A DNA stretch of 64,000 nucleotides from Blasia pusilla. Its lineage: Eukaryota. The notes under the pieces are model-generated. The model did no database searches. It saw only the letters and a list, made by a program, of their open reading frames with translations, and was not told where the DNA came from. Each line of letters opens with the position of its first letter. The first letter of the stretch is position 1. Below are positions 13,650 to 24,696 of this stretch, piece after piece. The stretch spans positions 40,300,001-40,364,000 of the forward strand of contig CM114271.1 of the NCBI GenBank assembly GCA_050084515.1, given 5' to 3'. The position numbers and the translations under genes are program-made.

Positions 13650-14370
13650 CATCCCCTGAGTGTGCCCGCTCTCGGGTTGAGCACGCCCCTCCATCCGTCT
13701 CGTGCGCGCCCCTCCATCCGGCTCGTGCGCGCTCGAGCGCGCTCAAGCATTCCAGAAGCACGACTCCTCCTGGCTCGTGTGCACTCGAGCGCACGAGCTC
13801 GAGTGCGCTCATTTTTGGCTCATTTTCGGCTAGGCTCGAGCACTCCAAAACTCTGACTCCTCCCGGTTTGTGCGCTCCATAACTTTGACTCCTCCCGGCT
13901 CGTGCGCACTCGAGTGCGCTCATTTTCGGCTCATTTTCTGCTCGGCTCATTTTCGGCTAGGCTCGAGCACTCCAGAACTCCGACTCCTCTCGGCTTGTGC
14001 GCTCCAGAACTTCGACTCCTCCCGGCTCGTGCGCACTCGAGTGCGCTCATTTTTGGCTAGGCTCATTTTCCTTTAGGGTTTTCGTTGGGTACTATGCACC
14101 TTGTTGTCTGTCTTTCCCTAGGTAGCTGATTTACTCTCTTGCTAGCTCTCTCCGCCCTCATCTCCGATCCCTCAGGCGCCCGCTCTCTGAGTGCGTTATA
14201 CAGGGGCGCTTGAGTGCGCCCCTCCGTCTGGCCCGTGCGCGCTCGAGCCACTCGATCTGCAAAGTTCATTTTCGGTTCTAAGCTAGGCACTTGATTTGCA
14301 CTCCTCCCGGCTCGTGCGCACTCGAGCGCACTTGATCTGCAATCTTCATTTTTGGCTCTGAGCTAGGCTG
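13650..14370. repeat. GC-rich degenerate tandem repeats inside Helitron
   Basis: Recurrent modules CTCCTCCCGGCTCGTGCGCACTCGAGTGCGCTCATTTT(C/T)GGCT and GGCTAGGCTCGAGCACTCCA. Confidence 0.85.
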
Positions 14371-15682
14371 TCTTTCTAGTTTTGACTCGGGTACCTTTCG
14401 GCGAACGCTCAAGAATATCTTCGAATGTAGCTAACCTGCCGCAGCTCCTGGAGATCTGATTGCAAGCTATCCACGCTCATCCCCTTTCCAGTCCTGCTCT
14501 TCGGTGTTCTTGATTGACTTCTTTCCCTAACTCTCCGGCTCTCAGGTTATCTTGCTAGGCTCTCTTGCTACTTGTTCGACTCTCGGTATTTTTGACCGTC
14601 GGGCTCTCTTGCTAGTTGTTTGACTCGGGTGCTTTTGACAGGCGGGCTCTCACAACCTTGCAGATCGGGTCTCGAGGATTTCTTCGCGGTCTGGCTCTCA
14701 CAACATTGCACATCGGGTCTCGGGGATTTAGTTTGGCTACTGTGCTTTTGATGGTCGGGCTCGTTTGATAGTACACTCTTTCGGCATAGCGCAGCCCGTT
14801 CGGTAGGGTGCTAGGGATCGGTAGCCCGTTGGGCTACCGATCTCTAGCACTTCGGCTACAGTGTCTCTTTTGACAGCCAGGCTATTGGTCTCCGAAGCTA
14901 TTTCTCTCCTATTACACATGTACACCTGGGACAGGTAGGGGCAAAATGGGTGGAGTTAGTACTCAAGTTGAATACTGAAAGAGGGGTTGGCAGAGACATT
15001 CAAAAAAAATTTATGTCGCTTTCATTTCAAAGTAAGCAGTACATGACAATTTGATTTACTCTACTCCTGATCGGCATGCTCACCCTCTCCTAGATCCCAA
15101 ATTCAGATATGGATCTGAATATTCACTACAACTTCTTTCCCCTTCTGCCCTAAACGTGGGGATTTCTTTCTGCACTGTGGAGTTACCGCGGAACATCCCT
15201 TGGATGGTGAGCTTTGCTGATTTCGGTTAGTGTGCGGGGTCATTCTCCGCTTCTTAGCAGAGGCTCCCTCCTCGGTATGTTCCCTTTCTATGCCGGGCCT
15301 CCTTATGTGATAGGGAGGAGTCCCTTCCTCCTCTACAACATCTATTCCCTCTCCTCCAACTGGCTTCGGATCGTACCCTTTGTTGGAATCCATAGGGAGG
15401 ACTGCAGCGGGCATGGAGTCCTTTATTGCATACTCAAATCCCGGAGCATGCACGGGGGTTATCGGCTCTCCCCAAGTGGGACCATCACAGTGCAACTTGT
15501 TCCATTTGCTCAAGCGCATACAGTCCCCATGACTTATTGGAGACCATTTTGTACTCTCCAATGCTTCTAGATCTGGTGACTTTACACCGTAATGTTTTTT
15601 TGAGCTCGTTACCTTGGACAAACTCTTTCCTCTTCCTTGTGTTGACTTTTTTTCTGTGATTCTTGTTGCCATCTCTAGGTAG

Positions 15683-16500
15683 TTTTGTTCTGCTCCTTTG
15701 TTGTTTTGGATGTTGCACATGTCAGAAGCTGCCCGAAATGTGAGGAGCTCTGGAGGTGATGGAGCGAACGTCGAATGTGTAGGAGCTCTCGAGAAGTCGT
15801 TAAAGTTGTTGTTGTAGGGGACGTCAAGAACGCGGGAGCTGATCTTGAGATCACATCAAGGGCCGCTTAATCGGGGCAAACCAAGCCTGCTATGTTCATC
15901 CGCAACTACACCGAGCTCAATATTTTAGTTCATAGAGCTCGTAACCCTAAACCCTTTTGTTCTGCTCCTTTGTTGTTTCAGATGTTGCAGATGTCAGAAG
16001 CTACCCGAAATGTGAGGAGCTCTGGAGGTGATGGAGCGAACGTCGAATGTGTAGGAGCTCTCGAGAAGTCATTAAAGTTTTTGCTGTAGGGGACGTCAAG
16101 AACGCGGGAGCTGATCTTGAGATCACATCAAGGGCCGCTTAATTGGGGCAAACCGAGCCTGCTATGTTCATCCGCAACTACACCGAGCTCAGTATTTTTG
16201 TTCATAGAGCTCGAAGCAATGTAGACTTGTAAAGCAGAGACATGTCTTACTCTATCTAGCAATAAATGAAGTTCAACATGTATGAATGACAGTAGAGCTC
16301 GGGAAATGAGAGAGTTCACTTTACCAGGGTAGGGGACGTCAAGAACGCGTGAGCTAATCTTGAGATCACATCAAGGGCCGCTTATTCGGGGCAAACTGAG
16401 ACTGCTATGTTCATCCGCAGCTACATAGAGCTCAGTATTTTAGTTCATAAAGCTCGTAAAGCAGAGACATGTCTTACTCTATCTAGCAATAAATGAAGTT
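15683..16500. repeat. ~272-bp tandem duplication (2 copies plus partial) near Helitron 5' end
   Basis: TTTTGTTCTGCTCCTTTGTTG at 15683 and 15955; GTAGGGGACGTCAAGAACGCG at ~15813, ~16085 and ~16330. Confidence 0.9.
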
Positions 16501-17303
16501 CAGCGAGAATGAATGACAGTGAATGAATGAGTTTAGGGTGTTCGTGAGAAAAATGGGTACTGTAATTTGTAAGAGGGAATAAATAGGGTCAAGTTTGAAT
16601 CACAACCCTCGCACTCACTACTCGAGAAATAAGAAGCCAATCTCATCTGACGACGCTGGTTTGAAGGATTGAAACCGGAAAGGACAGAAAATTGACACAA
16701 AAGTTGCGGCAAAAAATGAAACCCTAAATTAGTCGCACGTGCTAGGTACGCTTCATACGCGCCAAAATTTCACGTTTGTTAGGAAAACTGTTATAGGAGG
16801 CTAGGGCGGCTATGAAGAAAACCCTAAAACAGATTACGTCAGACGTAAGCACGGAACACCCTGGTTTGCTTGAAGTGCCACGTGGAAGTTGGAGAGGTGT
16901 TTGCGCAGCGAGATAGGACTCTCCCATAATAGTATAGATTAAACGTTCTCATTTCTTCCATGCCACATTTTTCAATCCTTTTTTTATTTCCTGCACCTCA
17001 CTTTACCTTTTTTTCTTCATCTACACATTTTCATTACTATCTTCATATATAGTTTACTACTCCACCACCAAATTTACATCACATACATATACAATCTAAT
17101 CTACATCCCATACGCTACTCACTTACCTTCTCTCCATATTTCTGACTACTACAAAATAATTCCATACCCCCGTCACAAAAATATTTTCTCCTTATGTTTT
17201 TTGCCCTTCATTTTCCGCCCATTACCTTCTCTACTACTTAATAAAATTTAAATTCCCACAATCTTGTTTCATTATTTACTTCAAATAATTTTAATTTTTT
17301 ATC

Positions 17304-17371
17304 TCCCATGCATCTTGCGGAATATACGGGAATAGTTTTTATGTCCCATGCATCTCGCGGAATGTATGGGA
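17304..17371 (+). repeat. two tandem hairpins, 40-bp period
   Basis: TCCCATGCAT-CTTGCGGA-ATATACGGGA (17304-17331) and TCCCATGCAT-CTCGCGGA-ATGTATGGGA (17344-17371). Confidence 0.75.
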
Positions 17372-18192
17372 AATAAGAATCTTATGTTGGATTCTTTCGC
17401 GATGCAAAGAATCTGCCCTATCGACAAAAGCGATGGAGCGGGCGGAATCTGTGCAGATCCCGACAAAATTTGCGGAAGGGAGCACCGATACTCGACGCGG
17501 GCGAGGCAAACTTCCCACGACCGGACAGAGTCTCCTGTCCAACCATGGAAATTGGAGCGGGGGGGAGGGGGGATTGCAATCCATCGCAACGATTGGTTGT
17601 CACCGTCGCGCAGGGATGCGGGAAAGTGCCCACATATGCAAGAGATGTGCCACACGGCGTGGTGACAGATCTTCTCGGCTGCCACCGAGTACCTTGACAT
17701 CTGCGCTTGGCTCAAGGAGCGGCGGAAGTTCTTAGAAGTTGCTCATTGACCCTTGACCAACGTCCGGGGAGAACCGGCAACATGAGTAAAGCTGGCCGGT
17801 TAAAATCAGCAATTGACGACGCCCAAGAAAATTAGTCGGCTAAGATTCCGACGGCATCAGAGGATATTCCGGTTAACGGATGGCCGACATTTCTTAAGCC
17901 GGAAATGTGCCGTTTCCCGGGAGGACTACGCCGGAATGTTGCAGCTGCCGGTCACTTCCCCCGGATTCCGTCCGGAATGCTTTTAACGGCGATCGGTATT
18001 TTGCTGGACCACTTTCAGGTGGTCGGAAAACCGGATAGTAGGTGAGAACCATTAGATTCTCATGCGGAGATCTTGGCCGTCCGATGTAGGGCAGCCGCAA
18101 CTTAGGGATGAAGGAACGTTAGGGAGCGAGTGAGTGGGGGTGAGTCGGATGACCGAGCATCCGAGGTCTAAGACTCCGAGAGTCCGAGGGCT

Positions 18193-18460
18193 GCATTCGC
18201 CGAATGGGGTCCATTGGCGAAGTTGCTACCAAGCCAGACTGTATCACTGCGCAGCTCGAGCGGGTCGAGCGACTCAAGGATTTGCAATCTTGCACCTGTC
18301 TGTCTTGCTGCTCTTGCATTCGCCGAAGGGGGTCCATTCGCAAAGTTGCTACCAGAGTCGAGACTGTGTCACTGCGCAGCTCGAGCGGGTCGAGCGACTC
18401 GAGCGTGATTTGCAATCTTGCACCTTTCTCTCTTGCTTCTCTTGCATGCTGCTCTTGCAC
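18193..18460. repeat. ~123-bp tandem duplication in hAT 5' region
   Basis: GCATTCGCCGAA...TCACTGCGCAGCTCGAGCGGGTCGAGCGACTC...GATTTGCAATCTTGCACCT begins at 18193 and 18316. Confidence 0.85.
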
Positions 18461-18873
18461 TAGTGCTGCGAGTCCCGACTCCCGTGTCCCATGCTATATT
18501 TCATAAAATGCGTTATGTGTTGCGAATCCTTATCAATTTCTTCTTTGTTTGCATTACTCGGATGAGTCGGCTACTATCGGTGCTCCATCGTTAGCATCCG
18601 GAAGGAAAGACGCCACGGCAGCGGGCAACCATGGCCCACAATTCTAAACTCGACGTGAGCATCTTCGAAAAGTTGATTTTGGCTTGTGAACATTCTCTGC
18701 CGTCTTGTTCAGAGTTGCTCAGATTCATTGTGACAGTCGCCGCTGTGACCAGAGGCGCTCTCTCGAGTGCATTTCTATCAACGATTGTGACACTCTCGCT
18801 GTAACCGGAGGTGTGTTTTTGTCAATGAGAGCTCCTTTGCTGTGAGTTTTTCTCTCTCAATGAGCATCCGTTG

Positions 18874-18875
<2 letters not shown>

Positions 18876-18913
<38 letters not shown>

Positions 18914-18914
18914 G

Positions 18915-18950
<36 letters not shown>
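18876..18950. repeat. (CT)n microsatellite
   Basis: Two CT runs separated by AGAG. Confidence 0.95.
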
Positions 18951-18956
<6 letters not shown>

Positions 18957-19017
18957 ACACTCGAATTTTTCTCTCCTCCACATCTTATGTTGTGCTTTAC
19001 ATTTTTGTGAGCTCTCT

Positions 19018-20686
19018 ACTCTAGAGCTTTCATGTTTACACTCTCGTGACAGGGTTTAGGTTGTTTACACTTTGATGTTTAGACTTTCGTGACAAGGTTT
19101 AGGTTTAGGATTCGGGGGTTGCTTTGCACTCGGGTTTGGCACCCTGGCCAGTCAGAGGCCCTATTTATCATTCTTTATCTTGATTCGGGATCTGCTTTGC
19201 TCTCGGGTTTGGCAACAGAAAGTGAATTAGGTCCGAGTTTTGGGTTTTCTGACTTCGGCCTTTTGCTCCGAGTGTTGGACTCTTGGCTGCCACCTTTCTT
19301 TTGATGTGAACCAGTTTTGCTCTTGTCTAGAAGACGAGGCCTTGTAGCTTTACATTTTTCCGGATATTGCACTCTAGAGCTTTCATGTTTACACTTTCGT
19401 GACAGGGTTTAGGCTGTTTACACTTAGATGTTTAGACTTTTGTGACAAGGTTTAGGTTTAGGATTCGGGGTCTGCTTTGCACTCGGGTTTGGCACCCTGG
19501 CCAGTCAGAGGCCCTATTTATCATTCTTTATCTTGATTCGGGGTCTACTTTGCTCTCGGGTTTGGCAACAGAAAGTGAATTAGGTTCGAGTCTTGGGTTT
19601 TCTGACTTCGGCCTTTTGCTCCGAATGTTGGACTCTTGGCTGCCACCTTTCTTTTGATGTGAACTAGTTTTGCTCTTGTCTAGAAGACGAGGTCTTGCAG
19701 CTTTACATTTTTCCGGATATTGCACTCTAGAGCTTTCATGTTTACACTTTCGTGACAGGGTTTAGGCACATTTACACTTTGATGTTTAGACTTTGTGACA
19801 AGGTTTAGGTTTAGGATTCGGGGGTCTACTTTGCACTCGGGTTTGGCTTTTAAAGCAAGCCTGTGAGGCCCTATTTATCGTTCTTTATCTTGATTTGGGG
19901 TCTACTTTGCTCTCGGGTTTGGCAACAGAAAGTGAATTAGGTTCGAGTCTTGGGTTTTCTGACTTCGGCCTTTTGCTCCGAGTGTTGGACTCTTGGCTGC
20001 CACCTTTCTTTTGATGTGAACCAGTTTTGCTCTTGTCTAGAAGACGAGGCCTTGCAGCTTTACATTTTTTTGGATATTGCACTCTAGAGCTTTCATGTTA
20101 ACACTTTCGTGACAGGGTTTAGGCTGTTTACACTTTGATGTTTAGACTTTCGTGACAAGGTTTAGGTTTAGGATTCGGGGTCTGCTTTGCACTCGGGTTT
20201 GGCACCCAAGCAAGCCAGAGGCACTATTTATCGTTCTTTATCTTGATTTGGGGTCTACTTTGCTCTCGGGTTTGGCAACAGAAAGTGAATTAGGTTCGAG
20301 TCTTGGGTTTTCTGACTTCGGCCTTTTGCTCAGTGTTGGACTCTTGTCGCCACCTTTCTTTTGATGTGAACCAGTTTTGCTCTTGTCTAGAAGACGAGGC
20401 CTTGCAGCTTTACATTTTTTTGGATATTGCACTCTAGAGCTTTCATGTTAACACTTTCGTGACAGGGTTTAGGCTGTTTACACTTTGATGTTTAGACTTT
20501 TGTGACAAGGTTTAGGTTTAGGATTCGGGGTCTGCTTTGCACTCGGGTTTGGCACCCAAGCAAGCCAGAGGCACTATTTATCGTTCTTTATCTTGATTCG
20601 GGGTCTGCTTTGCTCTCGGGTTTGGCAACAGAAAGTGAATTAGGTTCGAGTCTTGGGTTTTCTGACTCCGGCCTTTTGCTCCGAGT
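19018..20686. repeat. ~353-bp tandem array (~4.7 units) inside hAT
   Basis: ACTCTAGAGCTTTCATGTT unit starts at 19018, 19371, 19724, 20081 and 20431. Units are highly similar. Confidence 0.95.
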
Positions 20687-20702
20687 CTTCATTGTCTGAG
20701 AT

Positions 20703-23029
20703 ATGGCTAAGAGACAACGAACCATGAGCGAAATGTTGGCCAAAGACTTTACTGAGAACTCAAGCCGGTCAGGGTCCTCGGATGGGAGGGAAAATGGGAA
20801 TTCTGGTACTCCTTCCAGTAGTCTAATTGAGAAGAATCAACTGGCTTGGAAGGATGTCCGGTATAGCTTATTTGACTGGATAGAGTTTCATGGAGAATCT
20901 GGTGGAATATTTTGTAAGATTTGTAGACAAGGAAAGAGTAAGAATTCCTTTGCAAGGGATGGTGCCATAAACTCTAAGGTTTCAGCCTTTACAAATCATG
21001 GCAAATCGATTGAGCATATGAAACTTTCTTGGGCTGCTAATATAGGACACAGGTCGATGGCCAAGGCCATTGCCACTACTAATCGGACTTGTGACGAAGC
21101 CTTGTTAACATTGTTCAAGTGTGCATACTTCATCGCCAAGGAATCATTGGCTTTTGCCAAATTCCCGAATCTGTGTAAGTTGTTACTCTCAGTGAATGCA
21201 CCAATTACCTAAGATTTATACCAAGATGAGAAGACTTGTGCTGATATGTGTTATTATATCAGTCAGGTAGTGCATAGAAGGACACTTTTAAAAGTTCAAC
21301 AATCTCCTTTCTTTGGGATCATGATTGACGAGTCCACTGATATTTCAGTAACGGGCCATCTCGTTGTATTTGCAACTTACTTGTTAGAAGGGAAGGTTGA
21401 GAATTCATTCTTAGGATTGTTGCAATGTCCAGAGAAGTGTTCAAATGCCATTACTAACAATCTTTTGGAGTTGATCAAGGACTTGGGACTAGAGAGTTCA
21501 AAGATGGTGGCTTTTGGATCAGACAGAGCCTCAACTATGGTAGGTAGTCAGAATGGAGTAGCATCTCTGTTGAAGTTGAAAGCAAACCCATTTTTGCTCT
21601 CTGTACATTGTGTTGCACATAGGACCAATCTTGCTTCTTTGACAACAGCCAAAGGACCAAGTTGTAAAGATGTATCTATAGAGATTGATTCCATCTTGAA
21701 TTCTGTAGCTGGATATTTTAGAAGGTCCTCAAAGAGGAAGTGTGCTCTTGCAACTTTGCAAGAGAAGTTGAATGACTCTCAAAAGGTCATGAGGAGATAT
21801 CATAAAATTCGTTGGTTGTCTCGATGGCAAGCCGTGACTACTTTGTGCGACTCCCTGTAATCTATTCTCACCTATTTCAGGGACATTCCCCGCTCTGAAG
21901 ATGATGGTAATGCTACTAACATGTACAACAAGCTCAGATTATTTGAAATGATCTATCAGTTGTACTTTTTGGCAGACATATTGTTTATCCTTGCTAATTT
22001 GAGTAAGGTTTTCCAATACAAATTTGTAGATGTTAATACTATTAGTAGTATTGTGAATTCTGAGATAGCCTCTATTACAATGAACTTTGTAATGGAGAAT
22101 CATGACTTGAATGCCTCTACATTCTCTGAAGAAACAGGTTATCATCTCTTATCTGATTTTGGACCTCATGGTGGATACCTGAAACGACTACAATCTGAGA
22201 TTAGGGAAAGAAATTTCCATAGCATTGAAATGTCGAGAGATCGTACGGGAAAGGATTTACAGGCTGCTCTAACTTTCCAGAAGAACGTTTCGAAAAAAAA
22301 AAAGGAAAATGGCCTTATGCAACGAAAATTTTTACGAAAAAGAGAATCTATGATGTAAGGCTACACATCTTTGCTGAGAATGTATGTGCAGCCTTACATG
22401 ATAGATTTAGGGATAATAGTTTGATAAGTGCAATGAAAATTTTGAATCCTCTTCATATGCCCTCAAGGTTAGTAGGGTTGAATAGTTGGGGTTGCAAGGA
22501 AGTGGATGATCTTTGCGCACATTTTGGAAGGGAAATGCCTTGTAGGGGTCACTTGCAACCACCTCTTGTGAATTCAGCAAGTGTGAAGTCTGAGTTTCAA
22601 TCCTTTAAGCTCATGGCCACCACATAATGGAAAGATAGAAACTTTCGAGATTTGTGGGCAATGGTAAGTTGGAGCCCATCTCTGCAATGTAAGTTCTCTA
22701 ATTTGCTTGTATTAGCTAACATTGCTAGGGTACAATGTGTGAGTACTGCAATTTGTGAGAGAGCTTTCTCTGTGCAGAATTTGATCAAGACAAAAAGTCG
22801 TAATCGATTGACGACTAAGCATTTAGATGCTGTTATCAGGATAGCTTTAGAGGGTAAGATACTTGATTATGAGGATTTGTTGGTAGAATCAGCAATTCTT
22901 TGGAAAAATTCTGCTAACTTTAGATATGTGTATTCTAATCCAGAGAAATATGTGAAAGGTAAGGATGATACTCCATTGGAAGTTGCAAATGTAGAGGATT
23001 CTCCAAGTGCCCCAATTTCAAATGTTTAG
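20703..23029 (+). pseudogene. hAT (ZNF862-like) transposase, disrupted
   Basis: N-terminal W..F...IFCKIC zinc finger, GIMIDESTDIS, FGSDRASTMVG, VHCVAHRTNL, IRWLSR, and C-terminal dimerisation motif STAICERAFSVQNLIKTKSRNRL. In-frame TAA at 21210, 21858 and 22625, plus an 83-bp frameshifting insertion at 22287-22369. Confidence 0.93.
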
Positions 23030-23655
23030 TTGGTGGGAAAAGAGAGATGTGAGAGGTCCCTTTCATAATACATTGAAGTTTTGTTTTAAATCTTCAATGT
23101 ATTATGAAGGGGTAGGATCCTTGGCTCCCGGTTGGGTGGAGGCCAGGCCAGGTTCAATTCATGCCAAGGATATTACATGTGGGGTTTAGGGAGGAAAGAG
23201 TTTAGGGACCCAAGGAGATGCAACCGGGAATTAGAAGAAATCATGGAGTGATTGTAGGAACTGCTTGAACAAGAAATATCAATGGGGAAAATGTTCACAG
23301 GGCAAAAAAAAAATTTTGCCGGTTCATATTCTAGCTACCGGAAAGTTTCCGAGGTTGTCTGAAAACTTTCTGAAATCTGCCGGGAAAGTTTTTTAAAAGA
23401 TGGATAATCACTGGAAAAAAATAATATAGCAGATATTTGCCGCTGGGAAAAATGCTGCCTTTTTTTCCCGATTAACATTTCCCTAAAACCGTCATACTTT
23501 CCGGCAACCAGCGGGTTTCCGCCAAAAACCTCCCCGGACCTTGCCCTTGACCTACAGGCACGAGCGTTGGTTGCCTCGGCAACTTCGTCGTATCAATATG
23601 TGGACGTTCTGCGTCGGAGATAGCGCTTACAGCGGAAAACGCTCACCATTCCAGC

Positions 23656-23703
23656 GCCTCCAAGATGCGCTGCGCTGATTGCAGCGCAGCGCATCTTGGA
23701 GGC
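23656..23703. repeat. perfect 22-bp inverted repeat with 4-nt loop
   Basis: GCCTCCAAGATGCGCTGCGCTG-ATTG-CAGCGCAGCGCATCTTGGAGGC. Confidence 0.95.
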
Positions 23704-24696
23704 CGCTCAAGGTGACAGTCGATCCGTGTCGATCAAATGGAGAATCGCTTGCACGCTTGAAAACGCTGAAGAGCTGGTGATGCGTTCGGAAAGTCGGTGG
23801 AGAAACAATATGATGTGGTGCAGGAGCGATTACCCCGGTCTGAAATACCTTTCGACATTTCGTCCAATCTTGACACCGGACGCCTGGGAAACCTATCATT
23901 TGTGCGACTACGAAGGCAAGTGGTTCTCTAAGCTCCTGAGGTCAGTGTGATGGTAATCGACTATGTCCTCGTTACAAAAGGTAAGCATTCTCAGCTAATT
24001 GCACGGCAATGCCAACCGATTCACAAAACGCACATATGTCCAACCATACTTCTTTGTCGAATGCACCACCTCCACAGTAGCTGTACTCCTTTCAGACCTT
24101 ACAATAAGTCGTTTCATATATTTTATGCCAAGAGAGAGTGTTCACTACTGTGCGATGACTCCTGATGGCCTGATCTGAAGGTTCCAAGGCATTCGATTTC
24201 CAAACGAGTCTCTTTTCATACATTCTTCTCCTTTACGGGAATTTTGCAACCTTCACACTTCCTGTACAGCCTGTCGCGACTCATTTGTTGACCGAGGACT
24301 GTTTTCATCCCAAGGGTTACGTAATAGGTGACTTCCAAGGACATTCGGAAAGCTTTTCTGTTCCCGAGAATCGCTGGCATGAGCCTGCAGCATGTTATGA
24401 CCATTTTCTCACTTTCCATGAATTATGCTCCCAAAGACATTCGCTTTCCAGTGTAGTTATGCGTCTCCATTTCTTGAGGGTCGATAGCTTTCTCCAGCAG
24501 CAATATCGGTGACATTGCTGTTCAGTGTACGAAGATGTGAGCCCGACGTCCCCAGCAACTGTGTTTAGACAGTCGAAGCATCTCCGATCATGTGGAGCCT
24601 AAGATTTGTAAGACTTCTTCCCCGGGAACTCCGACATATACCAACAGCTTTCTGAAGAACTAACTCGACGTTGCAACCTTGAACGATCAAGAGGAA

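Larger units (their letters stand above)
6460..16938 (-). mobile_element. Helitron (complete termini, ~10.5 kb)
   Basis: Minus-strand 5' end TCTATACTATTATGGG at 16938. The 3' end is ...GTGCATCACACGGGCACCTTACTAG at 6460, with an imperfect subterminal hairpin. It sits between A and T with no TSD, both flanks are similar pyrimidine-rich sequence, and it contains RepHel. Confidence 0.85.
17758..23543 (+). mobile_element. hAT DNA transposon, full length (5786 bp)
   Basis: 14-bp TIRs CAACGTCCGGGGAG (17758) and CTCCCCGGACCTTG (23530-23543), matching 13/14. A perfect 8-bp TSD CCCTTGAC lies at 17750-17757 and 23544-23551. An internal hAT transposase is present. Confidence 0.95.

Noticed and set aside
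13403-14290. Arg/Ala/Ser-rich ORFs on both strands
   Set aside because: They arise from GC-rich tandem repeats with few stop codons.
19018-20686. Possible CRISPR array or repeated small genes (MTRFRFRIRG.., MQYPEKCK..)
   Set aside because: Whole 353-bp units repeat with no unique spacers, the context is eukaryotic, and the ORFs are by-products of the tandem repeat.
20703-23029. Three in-frame TAA codons suggesting stop-codon reassignment
   Set aside because: Neighbouring genes and TEs use the standard code, and the transposase also has a frameshifting insertion. Ordinary nonsense decay explains it.
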